DNA of 64,000 bases from an uncultured Victivallis sp. (GTDB taxonomy: Bacteria; Verrucomicrobiota; Lentisphaeria; Victivallales; Victivallaceae), in assembly GCF_944391105.1 (NCBI RefSeq), contig NZ_CALXSK010000012.1, positions 11,414 to 75,413 on the forward strand, written 5' to 3'. Shown in pieces: positions 28,932-39,594 of the stretch. Positions within the stretch are counted from its first letter, which is position 1; every line of letters starts with the position of its first letter. The notes beneath the pieces were generated by a model. That model did no database searches. It saw only the letters and a list, made by a program, of their open reading frames with translations, and was not told the DNA's origin. The position numbers and the translations under genes are program-made.

Positions 28932-30698
28932 ATGTCCGATTCGATTCAACACGAGTGTGCGGTCAGCATGTTGCGGCTCCGCCGCAACATCGCCCACTAT
29001 GTCCGCAAGTACGGAACGCCGTTCTACGGGTACGAACACCTCGCGCTTCTGCTCGAAAAACAGCACAACCGCGGGCAGGACGGCGCGGGTATCGGCTGCG
29101 TCCGGCTCGACCCCGTTCCCGGCGAACCGTGTTTCTCGCTCGAAAAGTCGAACCGGAACATGCCGCTTGCCGACCTGCTTGAGCGGATCGGCAAGACGAT
29201 CCCGCAGGGGGAGGATCCCCGCTCCGCCTCGGAACGGCGGAATCACCCCTTCTGCGGAGAGCTCTACCTCGGGCATCTGCGGTACGGCACCTTCGGACGG
29301 GGCGGGCTCGACGCCTGTCATCCCTTTGTCCGCCCGAATTCCTGCCTGAACCGCACGCTGCTGCTCGCGGGAAACTTCAACCTGACCGATACGCGGGAAC
29401 TGTTTGCAAAACTCATTGCGACCGGCCACCACCCGGCGAGCCGTGCGGACGGGTATCTGATTCTGCAGATGATCGGCCACTGCCTGGAAAAGGCGCTCGA
29501 CCGGAATCCGCACGGCGCGGATCTCGCGGCGGTACTGCGCGAGGCATGCGGCGATTTCGACGGAGCGTTCACCCTCTGCGGGCTGCTTGGAGACGGAACC
29601 GGATTCGCGATTCGCGATGCAGCCGGAATCCGCCCGGGTTATTTCTATTTCGATGATGAAGTCGCCGTCGTAAGCTCCGAACGTCCGGCCATTCAGGCCG
29701 CGTTCGACTGCACGACCGCCGAAGTCTCCGAACTTCCTCCGGGGGAAGCTCTGATCATCGGCCGGGACGGCAACGTTGAATTCCGCCCCTGTCTCGATCC
29801 GAAGCCGCTGCGCCGCTGTGTGTTTGAGCGCATCTACTTCTCGCGCCCGAACGACGCGGACATCCACCGCGAACGGCGCGCGCTCGGCCGCAAACTCGTG
29901 CCTGCCGTGCTGCACGAAGTGGAGGAGGATTTTGAAAACACGCTCTTCTCCTACATTCCGAACACCGCCCAGGCGAGTTTCCACGGCCTGCTCGACACCT
30001 TGAACCACATCGCCTGCGAGGCGGGGCGCACCGTCCGGTTCGGCCAGATCGCGATCAAGGACGCGAAGTTCCGCACCTTCATCGCCGACGCGGCCAGCCG
30101 GAAGGAGTTCTACATGCACATTTATGACGTGACCTACGGGCTGGTCCGGCCCGGTTCGGACACGCTCGTCGCGCTCGACGATTCGATCGTGCGCGGCAAT
30201 ACGCTCAGAAACGCGATTCTTCCGATCTTCGACCGGCTCTCACCGAAGAAGATCGTCATTGCCTCGGCCGCGCCGCCGATCAAATATCCCGACTGTTACG
30301 GCATCGACATGGCCAGCCTGAAAGAACTTGTCGCCTTCGAAGCCGCCGTCGATCTGCTGCGCGAACGCGGAAACCTCGCACTGCTCCAGCAGTGCTACGA
30401 AAATGCAAAACGACAGCTCGAAGGCCCCGCCGACGAGATGACCAACTGTGTACGCCCGGTCTATGACGAGATTTCCGACGCGGATCTCAGCCGTGCGATC
30501 GCCGCACGATTGAAACCGGAGGGAATGCGCGCGGAGTTTGCAGTCATCTTCCAGAGCTGCGAAGATCTCGCCGAGTGCTGTCCGGAACACACCGGCAACT
30601 GGTATTTCACCGGAGATTATCCGACTCCGGGCGGGTTCCGCGTCGTGAACCGCGCCCTCGTGAACTATATCGAACACATCGACGCAAGAGCTTACTGA
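28932..30698 (+). CDS. purF: Amidophosphoribosyltransferase-like protein (class II glutamine amidotransferase + PRTase, Bacteroidetes-type PurF)
   Basis: MSDSIQHECA (Ntn Cys after a short propeptide), QHNRGQDGAG, GHLRYGT, CVFERIYFSR and PRPP-binding DDSIVRGNT. Confidence 0.85.
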   Translation: MSDSIQHECAVSMLRLRRNIAHYVRKYGTPFYGYEHLALLLEKQHNRGQDGAGIGCVRLDPVPGEPCFSLEKSNRNMPLADLLERIGKTIPQGEDPRSASERRNHPFCGELYLGHLRYGTFGRGGLDACHPFVRPNSCLNRTLLLAGNFNLTDTRELFAKLIATGHHPASRADGYLILQMIGHCLEKALDRNPHGADLAAVLREACGDFDGAFTLCGLLGDGTGFAIRDAAGIRPGYFYFDDEVAVVSSERPAIQAAFDCTTAEVSELPPGEALIIGRDGNVEFRPCLDPKPLRRCVFERIYFSRPNDADIHRERRALGRKLVPAVLHEVEEDFENTLFSYIPNTAQASFHGLLDTLNHIACEAGRTVRFGQIAIKDAKFRTFIADAASRKEFYMHIYDVTYGLVRPGSDTLVALDDSIVRGNTLRNAILPIFDRLSPKKIVIASAAPPIKYPDCYGIDMASLKELVAFEAAVDLLRERGNLALLQQCYENAKRQLEGPADEMTNCVRPVYDEISDADLSRAIAARLKPEGMRAEFAVIFQSCEDLAECCPEHTGNWYFTGDYPTPGGFRVVNRALVNYIEHIDARAY

Positions 30699-30741
30699 AA
30701 CGAAACATGGAACATCAAACATACTGATAAGGAGCACAGAT

Positions 30742-31842
30742 ATGTTACATTGGAAAGAGCGGCGCGAACGGGCCGCATTCCTCGCGCTCGCGAACGGGGC
30801 GATATTCCGGGGCTGGAGCTTCGGCGCCCCCGTCGACACGGTCGGGGAAGCGGTGTTCAACACCGGCATGAGCGGGTATCAGGAGATTGTGACGGATCCC
30901 TCCTACGCAGGGCAGTTCGTCACGTTGACCGCCCCCGAAATTGGAAATTACGGCTGCAATCCGCAGGACGAGGAGTCCCGCGGATTGTTTCTGAACGGGC
31001 TCGTGATCCACGAACTCAATGAGCCCTCGAACTTCCGCTCCGAGGAGTCGCTTGCGGACTACCTCAAGCGGAACGGCAAACCCGGCATCGCCGGGGTCGA
31101 TACGCGCCGTCTCACGCTCATGCTGCGCGACGAAGGCAGTCAGAAGGCGTATCTGCACACAAGTGCCGAGCCGCTCACGGAAGCCGAGGCGGTCGAACGC
31201 GCCCGCGCCTGGGAGGGACTTGACGGACAGGATTACGCCGCCCGGGTCACGACCGGGAAGCCTTACGAATGGAATTCCGAGGGAGAGTTCCACGTCGTCG
31301 CGTTCGACTTCGGGATCAAATACAACATTCTGCGCGGACTTGCCGCAAACAACATGCGCGTAACCGTCCTGCCCGCCGCAGCGACGGCGGAAGACGCACT
31401 TGCGCGGAATCCCGACGGAGTGTTCCTCTCGAACGGCCCGGCCGACCCGGCCGCCGTCGGCTATGCGATCCGGACGATCCGGGAGCTCATCGGCAAGGTG
31501 CCGCTCTTCGGGATCTGCCTCGGGCATCAGCTTTTCGGGCTCGCCTCCGGAGCGGAGTGCGGAAGATTGAAATTCGGCCACCACGGCTGCAACCACCCGG
31601 TCCGGAATCTGCTGACGAACCGGGTAGAGATCACCTCCCAGAATCACAACTTCGCGCTGAAAGCCGGGGCGCTGCCCGCGACGCTCGAAGTCACGCACAT
31701 CAACTTGAACGACAATACGATCGAGGGTGTCCGCCACCGCACGGAGCCCGCCGCGTCGGTGCAGTTCCATCCGGAAGCCGCGCCGGGTCCGCACGATTCG
31801 TTTTCGCTTTTCCAGGAATTCCGGAAACTCATGGAGCGCTGA
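30742..31842 (+). CDS. carA: Carbamoyl-phosphate synthase small subunit
   Basis: GEAVFNTGMSGYQE, FLSNGPADP, GICLGHQ and QFHPEAAPGPHD. Confidence 0.96.
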   Translation: MLHWKERRERAAFLALANGAIFRGWSFGAPVDTVGEAVFNTGMSGYQEIVTDPSYAGQFVTLTAPEIGNYGCNPQDEESRGLFLNGLVIHELNEPSNFRSEESLADYLKRNGKPGIAGVDTRRLTLMLRDEGSQKAYLHTSAEPLTEAEAVERARAWEGLDGQDYAARVTTGKPYEWNSEGEFHVVAFDFGIKYNILRGLAANNMRVTVLPAAATAEDALARNPDGVFLSNGPADPAAVGYAIRTIRELIGKVPLFGICLGHQLFGLASGAECGRLKFGHHGCNHPVRNLLTNRVEITSQNHNFALKAGALPATLEVTHINLNDNTIEGVRHRTEPAASVQFHPEAAPGPHDSFSLFQEFRKLMER

Positions 31843-31848
31843 AATATC

Positions 31849-33459
31849 ATGACCAGACACATCTTCATTACCGGCGGGGTCGTTTCGAGCCTCGGCAAAG
31901 GCATCACGGGCGCGGCGCTCGCGATGCTGCTTGCGAAACGGGGTTATCGCGTCGCCATGCAGAAGCTCGATCCCTATCTGAACGTCGACCCCGGCACCAT
32001 GAGCCCCTACCAGCACGGCGAGGTGTTCGTGACCGACGACGGCGCCGAGACGGACCTCGACCTCGGCCACTATGAACGCATCGCCGGAGTCGTATGCACG
32101 AAGGCGAGCAACTATACGAGCGGCAAAATCTACAGCAACGTCATCAACCGCGAACGTTCCGGCGGCTATCTCGGCGGAACCGTGCAGGTCGTTCCTCACA
32201 TCACCGACGAGATCAAGCGCGCGATGCAGTCACTGCACCGACCGCAGGTCGACATCGCGATCACCGAGATCGGAGGAACGGCGGGAGACATCGAAAGTCT
32301 CCCGTTCCTTGAAGCTGCGCGGCAGTTCAAACTCGCGGCGCGGCGCGACGAGGTGATCTTTGTGCACCTCACGCTCGTTCCCTACATCCGCGCGGCGAAG
32401 GAGCTCAAGACCAAGCCGTCTCAGCACTCGGTCTCGACGCTTCAGAGCATCGGCATCGCGCCGGACATCCTCGTCTGCCGCACGGAGATCCCGATGGAGG
32501 AGGAGCATTTCAAGAAGCTCTCGATGTTCTGCAACGTCCCGCGCGACTGCGTGATCGAGGAGCTCGACGTGAAAAACTCGATCTACGAAGTTCCGCTCGA
32601 ACTCGCGCGGCAGGGACTCGACCTCAAGGTGCTTGAACTCCTGCGGCTTGAGCCGGGCGAACTCGATCTGGACGACTACCGCGTCTGGCTCGACGGCGTG
32701 CTGCATCCGGAAACGGAGTGCACCGTCGCCGTGGTCGGAAAATACATCCGCCACCAGGACGCCTACAAGAGCATCTACGAAGCGCTCAGCCACGCTGGAA
32801 TCCACCACCATGCGAAAGTCCATTTTCTGCCGGTCGAAGCCGAGGAGCTCGAGACCGGCGACGCGGCAGAGATCCTCGGGAAAGCGGACGCGATCCTCGT
32901 CCCCGGCGGCTTCGGCGAACGCGGTGTGCCCGGCAAGATCAAGGCGGTCGAATACGCCAGAACGCACAAGATCCCGTTCCTCGGCATCTGCCTCGGCATG
33001 CAGTGCGCGGTCATTGAATTCGCACGCGACGTGGTCGGCTGGGGAGATGCGAACAGCACCGAGTTCGACAGTGCGACGACGCACCCGGTCATCGACCTCA
33101 TGGAGGAGCAGCGCTCCGTCACAGCCAAGGGCGGCACGATGCGGCTCGGCGCCTATCCGTGCGTTCTCGTTCCGGGGAGCCGCAGTGCGAAACTCTACAA
33201 CGCCTCCGAAATCAGTGAACGTCATCGCCACCGTTACGAGTTCAATCCGGCGTTCAAGCGCGAACTTGAAGCGGCCGGGCTCAAAGTCGCTGGCGCGAGC
33301 CCCGATGGACAGCTCGCAGAGATCGTGGAACTCGAAGCGGGACATCCGTTCTTCATCGGCTGCCAGTTCCATCCTGAATTCAAATCCCGCCCCCGGCAGC
33401 CCCATCCGCTCTTCGACGGACTGATCGCGGCGGCGCTTCAGCAGCGGAAAGGAAATTGA
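31849..33459 (+). CDS. pyrG: CTP synthase
   Basis: [46 protein letters not shown] and QFHPEFKS. Confidence 0.97.
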   Translation: MTRHIFITGGVVSSLGKGITGAALAMLLAKRGYRVAMQKLDPYLNVDPGTMSPYQHGEVFVTDDGAETDLDLGHYERIAGVVCTKASNYTSGKIYSNVINRERSGGYLGGTVQVVPHITDEIKRAMQSLHRPQVDIAITEIGGTAGDIESLPFLEAARQFKLAARRDEVIFVHLTLVPYIRAAKELKTKPSQHSVSTLQSIGIAPDILVCRTEIPMEEEHFKKLSMFCNVPRDCVIEELDVKNSIYEVPLELARQGLDLKVLELLRLEPGELDLDDYRVWLDGVLHPETECTVAVVGKYIRHQDAYKSIYEALSHAGIHHHAKVHFLPVEAEELETGDAAEILGKADAILVPGGFGERGVPGKIKAVEYARTHKIPFLGICLGMQCAVIEFARDVVGWGDANSTEFDSATTHPVIDLMEEQRSVTAKGGTMRLGAYPCVLVPGSRSAKLYNASEISERHRHRYEFNPAFKRELEAAGLKVAGASPDGQLAEIVELEAGHPFFIGCQFHPEFKSRPRQPHPLFDGLIAAALQQRKGN

Positions 33460-33461
33460 TT

Positions 33462-36400
33462 ATGCCGAAACGCGACGATATCAGAAAAATCATGTTGATC
33501 GGCTCCGGCCCGATCGTCATCGGCCAGGGGTGCGAATTTGACTACTCCGGCGTACAGGCGTGCAAGGCGCTGAAGCGCGAGGGATTCGAGGTTGTGCTCG
33601 TAAACAGCAATCCGGCCACGATCATGACGGATCCGGAGTTCGCCGACCGCACCTACATCGAACCGTTGACGGCGGACATTCTGCACGAGATCATCCGGCG
33701 GGAACGGCCCGACGCGCTGCTGCCGACCCTCGGCGGTCAGACCGCGCTGAACCTCGCGATGGAACTCGAAAAACGGGGCATTCTCGAACGCTATCAGGTC
33801 GAACTCATCGGCGCGACCGCCGAAGCGATCGAACGCGCCGAGGACCGGCAGCTCTTCAAACAGTGCATGCTCGGGATCGGCCTCGATCTGCCGCGCTCCG
33901 GATCGGCCCATTCGATGGCCGAAGCGCAGGCGGTCGCCTCGACGATCGGCAGCTGGCCGCTCATCATACGGCCCGGCTTCACGCTCGGCGGCACCGGCGG
34001 CGGCATCGCCCGGGATCAGAAGGAGTTCGAAGAGATCGTCCGGCGCGGACTTGACGCGAGCATGAACTCCGAAGTGCTCATTGAGGAGTCACTGCTCGGC
34101 TGGAAGGAGTTCGAGATGGAGGTCATGCGCGACAAGGCCGGCAACGCGGTCATCGTCTGCTCGATCGAAAACCTCGATCCGATGGGCGTCCACACGGGCG
34201 ACTCGATCACGATTGCGCCGATCCAGACTCTCACCGACCGCGAATATCAGGCCATGCGCGACGATTCGCTCGCAGTCATGGCGGCGATCGGCGTCGAAAC
34301 CGGCGGCTCGAACGTCCAGTGGGCCGTGAATCCGGAAACCGGACGGCGGATCATCATCGAGATGAATCCGCGCGTGTCGCGGTCAAGCGCCCTCGCCTCC
34401 AAGGCGACCGGTTTTCCGATCGCGAAGATCGCCGCCCTGCTGGCGGTCGGCTACACGCTCGATGAACTGCGCAACGATATCACCGGCAGCACGCCGAGCT
34501 GTTTCGAGCCGTCGCTCGACTATGTGGTGACGAAAGTTCCGCGCTTCACGTTCGAGAAGTTCCCGATGGCCGACTCGACGCTCGGCACTCAGATGAAGTC
34601 GGTCGGGGAAGCCATGGCGATCGGACGCAACCTCAAGCAGTCGCTGCAGAAGGCGCTGCGCTCGCTCGAGACCGGACGGGCCGGATTCGGCGCCGACGGC
34701 AAAGACGGCAAATTCGAATCGATGGACGACGAGACGCTCAAAGCCGAACTCATCCGCCCGAACGCGGAGCGGATCTTCGTCATCCGCGCCGCACTGAAGC
34801 GCGGCTGGAACGTCGAAACGCTCAACGAACTCACCGGAATCGACCCGTATTTTCTGCGCCATCTCGCGGAACTTGCGGCTTTTGAGGAGGAGATCCGCTC
34901 GGCCGGAACGCTCGCGGGACTCGAAGCCGACCGGCCGCTCTTCCTGCAGGCCAAGGAGCTCGGGTACAGCGACCGCCAGATCGCGTTCCTGCTCGGAACG
35001 ACGGAACTTGAGGTGCGCGCCGCACGGCGCCGCATCGGGCTCGAACCGTTCTACGGGACCGTCGACACCTGCGCCGGAGAGTTCGAGGCGATCACGCCCT
35101 ACTACTACTCGGCCTGGGGCGAAGGGGGCGAACCGGTCCGCGATCACGGCGGCCGCAAAACGATCATGGTGCTCGGCGGCGGTCCGAACCGCATCGGTCA
35201 GGGGATCGAATTCGACTACTGCTGCTGCCACGCCGCTTTCGCGCTGCACAAAGCCGGTTACGAGGTGGTCATGGTCAACAGCAATCCGGAAACCGTCTCG
35301 ACCGACTACGATACGAGCGACAAACTCTATTTCGAGCCGCTCACTCTTGAGGATGTCATGCACATCTACGAGCGGGAGTCGTGTTCGGGGGTGATCGTGC
35401 AGTTCGGCGGCCAGACGCCGCTGAATCTCGCGCAGCAGCTCCGCGCCGCGGGAGCGAACGTGATCGGCACGTCGCCGGACGACATCGACGCGGCCGAGGA
35501 CCGCGACTTCTTCAAACAGCTCGCCTCCCGGATCGGCATCCGTCAGCCCGAGAGCGGCATTGCGCACAGCGTCGACGAAGCGGTCGCCATCGCGGAGAAG
35601 ATCGGCTACCCGCTGCTGGTGCGTCCATCGTTCGTGCTCGGCGGGCGCGGCATGGTCATCGTCTACAAGGAGAAGTATCTGCGTAAATTCGTCGAGGAGG
35701 CCGCCGCTGTCGCGGAAGGGAAACCGATTCTGATCGACCGTTTCCTCGAGGATGCGACCGAACTCGACGTCGACTGCATCTCGGACGGGAAAACCACGGT
35801 GATCGGCGCGATTCTCGAACACGTCGAACCGGCGGGGATCCACTCCGGCGACTCGGCCAGCGTGATTCCGCCGATGACGCTTTCAAAGGAGATTCAGGAG
35901 CAGGTGCGCGAATATGCCCGGGCGTTCGCCCGCGAACTTCACGTCTGCGGACTCATGAACATGCAGCTTGCGGTCAAGGACGGAGAAATCTACATCATCG
36001 AAGTCAATCCGCGCGCCTCGCGGACGGTGCCTTTCGTGAGCAAGGCGACCGGGGTGCCGCTGGCGGCGCTCGCGGCGCGCTGCATGGCGGGAGAAACGCT
36101 TGAATCGCTCGGCTTCACGCAGGAGGTGCACATTCCGTACACCGCCGTGAAAGAGGCGGTCTTCCCGTTCGTGAAGTTCCCGGGGGTGGACATCGTGCTT
36201 TCGCCGGAGATGAAATCCACGGGCGAGGTCATGAGTCTCGATGCGGAACGGGGGCTGGCATATCTGAAGAGCCAGCTTGCGGCGGGGAACAAGCTGCCTC
36301 CTGCGGGGAACGTCTTCATCTCGCTGCGCGACCAGGACAAGCCCAAGGCGGTGAAACTCGCGGAAAAGCTTGTAAAGCTCGGGTACAACCTTTACGCGAC

Positions 36401-36716
36401 GCTCGGGACTTCGACGCTGCTCTACAATGCGGGAATCAAGACCAAAGCGGTCTTCCGAATCTCGCGTGGACGGCCGAACATCCTCGACCTGATCCGGGAG
36501 AAGGAGATCCAGTGGATCATCAACTCCTCGGAATCCGGCGCAGAGGCGATGGTCGACGAGATCCGTATGCGCTCCGGCGCGGTTGTCTCAGGGATACCGA
36601 TCACGACCACGATCGCGGGGCTGACCGCCGCCATCGAGGGGCTCGCAGACAAGGCGGACTTCGGCCGTTTCGAAGTGTGCAGCCTCCAGGAGTACCACCG
36701 GCATATTCACCGCTGA
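33462..36716 (+). CDS. carB: Carbamoyl-phosphate synthase large subunit
   Basis: [58 protein letters not shown] and [16 protein letters not shown]. Confidence 0.97.
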   Translation: MPKRDDIRKIMLIGSGPIVIGQGCEFDYSGVQACKALKREGFEVVLVNSNPATIMTDPEFADRTYIEPLTADILHEIIRRERPDALLPTLGGQTALNLAMELEKRGILERYQVELIGATAEAIERAEDRQLFKQCMLGIGLDLPRSGSAHSMAEAQAVASTIGSWPLIIRPGFTLGGTGGGIARDQKEFEEIVRRGLDASMNSEVLIEESLLGWKEFEMEVMRDKAGNAVIVCSIENLDPMGVHTGDSITIAPIQTLTDREYQAMRDDSLAVMAAIGVETGGSNVQWAVNPETGRRIIIEMNPRVSRSSALASKATGFPIAKIAALLAVGYTLDELRNDITGSTPSCFEPSLDYVVTKVPRFTFEKFPMADSTLGTQMKSVGEAMAIGRNLKQSLQKALRSLETGRAGFGADGKDGKFESMDDETLKAELIRPNAERIFVIRAALKRGWNVETLNELTGIDPYFLRHLAELAAFEEEIRSAGTLAGLEADRPLFLQAKELGYSDRQIAFLLGTTELEVRAARRRIGLEPFYGTVDTCAGEFEAITPYYYSAWGEGGEPVRDHGGRKTIMVLGGGPNRIGQGIEFDYCCCHAAFALHKAGYEVVMVNSNPETVSTDYDTSDKLYFEPLTLEDVMHIYERESCSGVIVQFGGQTPLNLAQQLRAAGANVIGTSPDDIDAAEDRDFFKQLASRIGIRQPESGIAHSVDEAVAIAEKIGYPLLVRPSFVLGGRGMVIVYKEKYLRKFVEEAAAVAEGKPILIDRFLEDATELDVDCISDGKTTVIGAILEHVEPAGIHSGDSASVIPPMTLSKEIQEQVREYARAFARELHVCGLMNMQLAVKDGEIYIIEVNPRASRTVPFVSKATGVPLAALAARCMAGETLESLGFTQEVHIPYTAVKEAVFPFVKFPGVDIVLSPEMKSTGEVMSLDAERGLAYLKSQLAAGNKLPPAGNVFISLRDQDKPKAVKLAEKLVKLGYNLYATLGTSTLLYNAGIKTKAVFRISRGRPNILDLIREKEIQWIINSSESGAEAMVDEIRMRSGAVVSGIPITTTIAGLTAAIEGLADKADFGRFEVCSLQEYHRHIHR

Positions 36717-36732
36717 TGTTGATTCTGCGGGT

Positions 36733-36761
36733 GGGGAGAACGTTTCTCCTCCCCTTTTTTT
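36733..36761 (+). terminator. Intrinsic terminator after carB
   Basis: ggggagaa-cgt-ttctcctcccc hairpin followed by T7. Confidence 0.7.
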
Positions 36762-36777
36762 GCCCCGTTTACCGAAA

Positions 36778-36793
36778 AAAATGTTAACATTTT
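36778..36793. promoter_or_regulatory. Perfect 16-bp palindrome AAAATGTTAACATTTT, candidate operator
   Basis: Read directly; lies 12 bp upstream of a sigma70-like -35. Confidence 0.6.
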
Positions 36794-36805
36794 AAAGAAA
36801 AGTCC

Positions 36806-36834
36806 TTGCCGGAGCTTCAGAGCCATGCTATCTT
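36806..36834 (+). promoter_or_regulatory. sigma70-like promoter
   Basis: TTGCCG-N17-TATCTT with TG extension. Confidence 0.55.
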
Positions 36835-36880
36835 AATGACAGAACAGCCAAGGCAACGCTTAATCAAGGAGAACGTTTTG

Positions 36881-38716
36881 ATGCGCCTGGGATTTTTCTC
36901 GTTGCTGTTACTGGGAGTAACAACAACGTTCTCTCTGGATGCCAATCCTCTGTTTCTGCCGGAGTATGAACGCGAAGTAAAACTCACCTTCCCCTCGGAA
37001 GAAGCGGCAGAAACGGCGAAACTCGAACTGCTCCCTCTGCCGGAAGGAAAAGTGTTCGCCTTTTCGACCCGATGGGACGACAGCAATCCCAAACACGTCC
37101 GAATGGCTGAACTTCTCGCGAAACATGGATTCAAGGCGACCTTCTTCCTCTGTGCCGCCAATCAGAAGTTCTATGATGACACATTGCCGCAGCTGATCCG
37201 GCGAGGACATTCGATCGGCAATCACACACTGAACCATCCGAATCTCGCGACTTTGATTCCGAACGAAGTCGCTCGACAGATCCTGCGGAACCGGGTCGAA
37301 TATGAATCCCGTACCGACCAGACGATCAATTCATTCGTGCTGCCCTACTGCGCCTACAAGAACGCAACGGACAGCCTCTGTCCATTGCGGATCGGCGAAG
37401 CACTCCATCGTTCCGGAGAACTGGGCTCACCCGAATATTTTCAGGAGCTCGAAAAGGAGTACGGCATGCCGGAAGGGAGCTGGGGAACGAGCCGCCTCTT
37501 CGGCATCGATGACCGCCACCCCTCCGCGGAAGCATTCGACCGGGCGATTGTCGAACGGACGAAAAACATGAAGCCAGGGGAAGTCCGCCATGCCACGCTC
37601 GGACTCCACACCTGGCAGGATGATGCCGGATTCGAGACCCTCGACAAGATCTTCACGAAATACGCAAACCGCCCAGACTGGTGGTACTGCAACGAAAACG
37701 AATACAACGCCTACCGCTACGCACAGCGGCACACCCGCGTGGAAAAACGCGTTGACGGCAGAAATGCCGTGTTCAAGCTGACCGGTCCGACCCCTGCGGC
37801 GCTCGGCTCGAATACGCCGCTCTGGGCGAAAGTCTCTCCCGCCACGGCCGATGGCCGGACAATGGTCAAACTGCCGCATACATTGCCGTTGCCGGAAAAG
37901 ATCGACATGATCGTAAGCGATGGCGCCTCCGTGGTTCCGTCGAAGGAGTTCCCGTTTCTCGCAGCCTCGCTTGTGATGAATGTGGAAGAGGATTCCAGTA
38001 TCGTTCTTACGCTTGCGAACCGCAGCAAACGTCCGCTGACGAATGTGACCGTGGCGTTCCGGCTGCCGTTGCTTTTCACCGGCGAAGAGCGTGTTCCCCG
38101 CAACGATCTTGAGATGATCAATCCGGAAGTCACGCGAACGGTTTCCCACTATTTCCCGGAACATCGCCGCACGGCGCTCTATCAGTGCGGTCCTCTCTTC
38201 GCCGCGGCGGAAGTGAATTTTGAAGTTGACGGCAGACCGCAACGGCTGTGGGTTTGCGCCCAGTCGGAGATTCCACAGTTTGCGGAGGCGGTTCCGCGTG
38301 ACACGGCGCTCGCGCTCGGCCCCCTCCCCCCGGGGCAGCTTACGGAAAAGTTGCTCGCCGCCGCGTCGAATCCGGACGAAACACTCTCAGGATGGTCGCA
38401 GCTTCAGCCGGGCAAGTGGGTTCTGCCCTACATCGTACGGCTGCCGAAAAAGGCCGGGGAAGAAGTCGCCGTAGCACTGACATTTCGTGCCGATGCCGTC
38501 ATCGACAGCTGGAAACTCCACGTTCCGAAAAACAACGTCAAAGGAGTCTTTCTGAACGGGAAAAAAATGGAAAACCTGACAATTCCGACTCCGATCGTCA
38601 CCCGCAAAGGATTGAACCGCGTCGTTGTTCTGTACAACGCCAACGGCGGCGATCAGATGATCTCCGTCACCAGAGGAAGCAACCCGAATCTGCCGGTTGA
38701 ATTCGTCCGCGAATGA
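36881..38716 (+). CDS. Secreted polysaccharide deacetylase (NodB/CE4-like) with long uncharacterised C-terminal region
   Basis: Signal peptide; FSTRWDD, GFKATFFL, GHSIGNHTLNHPNL and FVLPYC motifs. Confidence 0.8.
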   Translation: MRLGFFSLLLLGVTTTFSLDANPLFLPEYEREVKLTFPSEEAAETAKLELLPLPEGKVFAFSTRWDDSNPKHVRMAELLAKHGFKATFFLCAANQKFYDDTLPQLIRRGHSIGNHTLNHPNLATLIPNEVARQILRNRVEYESRTDQTINSFVLPYCAYKNATDSLCPLRIGEALHRSGELGSPEYFQELEKEYGMPEGSWGTSRLFGIDDRHPSAEAFDRAIVERTKNMKPGEVRHATLGLHTWQDDAGFETLDKIFTKYANRPDWWYCNENEYNAYRYAQRHTRVEKRVDGRNAVFKLTGPTPAALGSNTPLWAKVSPATADGRTMVKLPHTLPLPEKIDMIVSDGASVVPSKEFPFLAASLVMNVEEDSSIVLTLANRSKRPLTNVTVAFRLPLLFTGEERVPRNDLEMINPEVTRTVSHYFPEHRRTALYQCGPLFAAAEVNFEVDGRPQRLWVCAQSEIPQFAEAVPRDTALALGPLPPGQLTEKLLAAASNPDETLSGWSQLQPGKWVLPYIVRLPKKAGEEVAVALTFRADAVIDSWKLHVPKNNVKGVFLNGKKMENLTIPTPIVTRKGLNRVVVLYNANGGDQMISVTRGSNPNLPVEFVRE

Positions 38717-38745
38717 CCTTAAAAAGAAAGGAAGGAAGGAAGATC

Positions 38746-39096
38746 ATGTTTTGTCCGAAATGTGGAAATCAGATGGATGAGGGAAGCAAGTTCTGCCCGA
38801 AATGCGGAAATCAGATGGGATCTGCGCAAACGGTGGCGGTAGACGACAGCAGCGGACTGGGTATTCTGATCCCGCGCAACACGCTGGCGCTCTGGGCCTA
38901 CTACCTCGGAATCTTCTCCCTGCTCTGCGGAATCACTGCGATTCCGGCACTGATCACCGGAATTCTCGGGCTGCGCTATGCGAAACAGCACCCGGAGGCC
39001 AGAGGCGCCATCCACGCATGGGTGGGAATCATCATCGGCGGAATCGCACTTCTGCTGTTTTTGTTCATTCTCATCATATCAATCCTGCATGGATAA
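38746..39096 (+). CDS. Double zinc-ribbon + DUF4190-like membrane protein
   Basis: FCPKCGNQM twice; ALWAYYLGIFSLLCG...GILGL...AIHAWVGIIIG. Confidence 0.75.
   Translation: MFCPKCGNQMDEGSKFCPKCGNQMGSAQTVAVDDSSGLGILIPRNTLALWAYYLGIFSLLCGITAIPALITGILGLRYAKQHPEARGAIHAWVGIIIGGIALLLFLFILIISILHG
38749..38818 (+). repeat. 28-bp direct repeat, 42-bp period, encoding the duplicated zinc knuckle
   Basis: ttttgtccgaaatgtggaaatcagatgg / ttctgcccgaaatgcggaaatcagatgg. Confidence 0.8.
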
Positions 39097-39173
39097 TGTT
39101 GCAAACGTAAAAGAATCATTCTTTTCTTTCACAGCAATCATTCCCCAAAACCGAATAAGGAAAGGAGTCGCTC

Positions 39174-39536
39174 ATGTTCTGTCCGAAGTGTGGAAAAGAG
39201 GTCCAGGAAGGTACAACGTTCTGCCCGAACTGCGGTAATTCGTTCGCTGCTGGCGGAACCCAGGCCGCCCAGCCTCCGATGCAGACGAAAGTTATCAGTT
39301 CCGGCCTTGTTCCGGCGATTCTGGTGACGCTGTTCTGCTGCCTGCCGTTCGGTATTGTTTCGATCGTCTATGCGGCCAAAGTCAGTGGTTTGGTCGCTGC
39401 GGGCAACATCGCGGAAGCGGAAAGAGCGGCAAAGAACGCCAAGACCTGGGCTCTGGTGGGAGCGATCTGCGGTATCGTCGGCAGCCTCCTGTATTTTCTT
39501 GTCATGGCACTTGGTGCTGCAGCAAGTGAAATGTAA
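39174..39536 (+). CDS. Zinc-ribbon + CD225/dispanin family membrane protein
   Basis: FCPKCG...FCPNCG; ILVTLFCCLPFGIVSIVYAAKV...AERAAKNAKTW dispanin signature. Confidence 0.85.
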   Translation: MFCPKCGKEVQEGTTFCPNCGNSFAAGGTQAAQPPMQTKVISSGLVPAILVTLFCCLPFGIVSIVYAAKVSGLVAAGNIAEAERAAKNAKTWALVGAICGIVGSLLYFLVMALGAAASEM

Positions 39537-39553
39537 TTTCCGGCGCAAAACAC

Positions 39554-39590
39554 AAAGCTGTCCTGTTTCATGCAGGGCAGCTTTTTTTAT
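39554..39590 (+). terminator. Intrinsic terminator
   Basis: aaagctgtcctg-loop-cagggcagcttt followed by a T-run. Confidence 0.8.
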
Positions 39591-39594
39591 TCCG

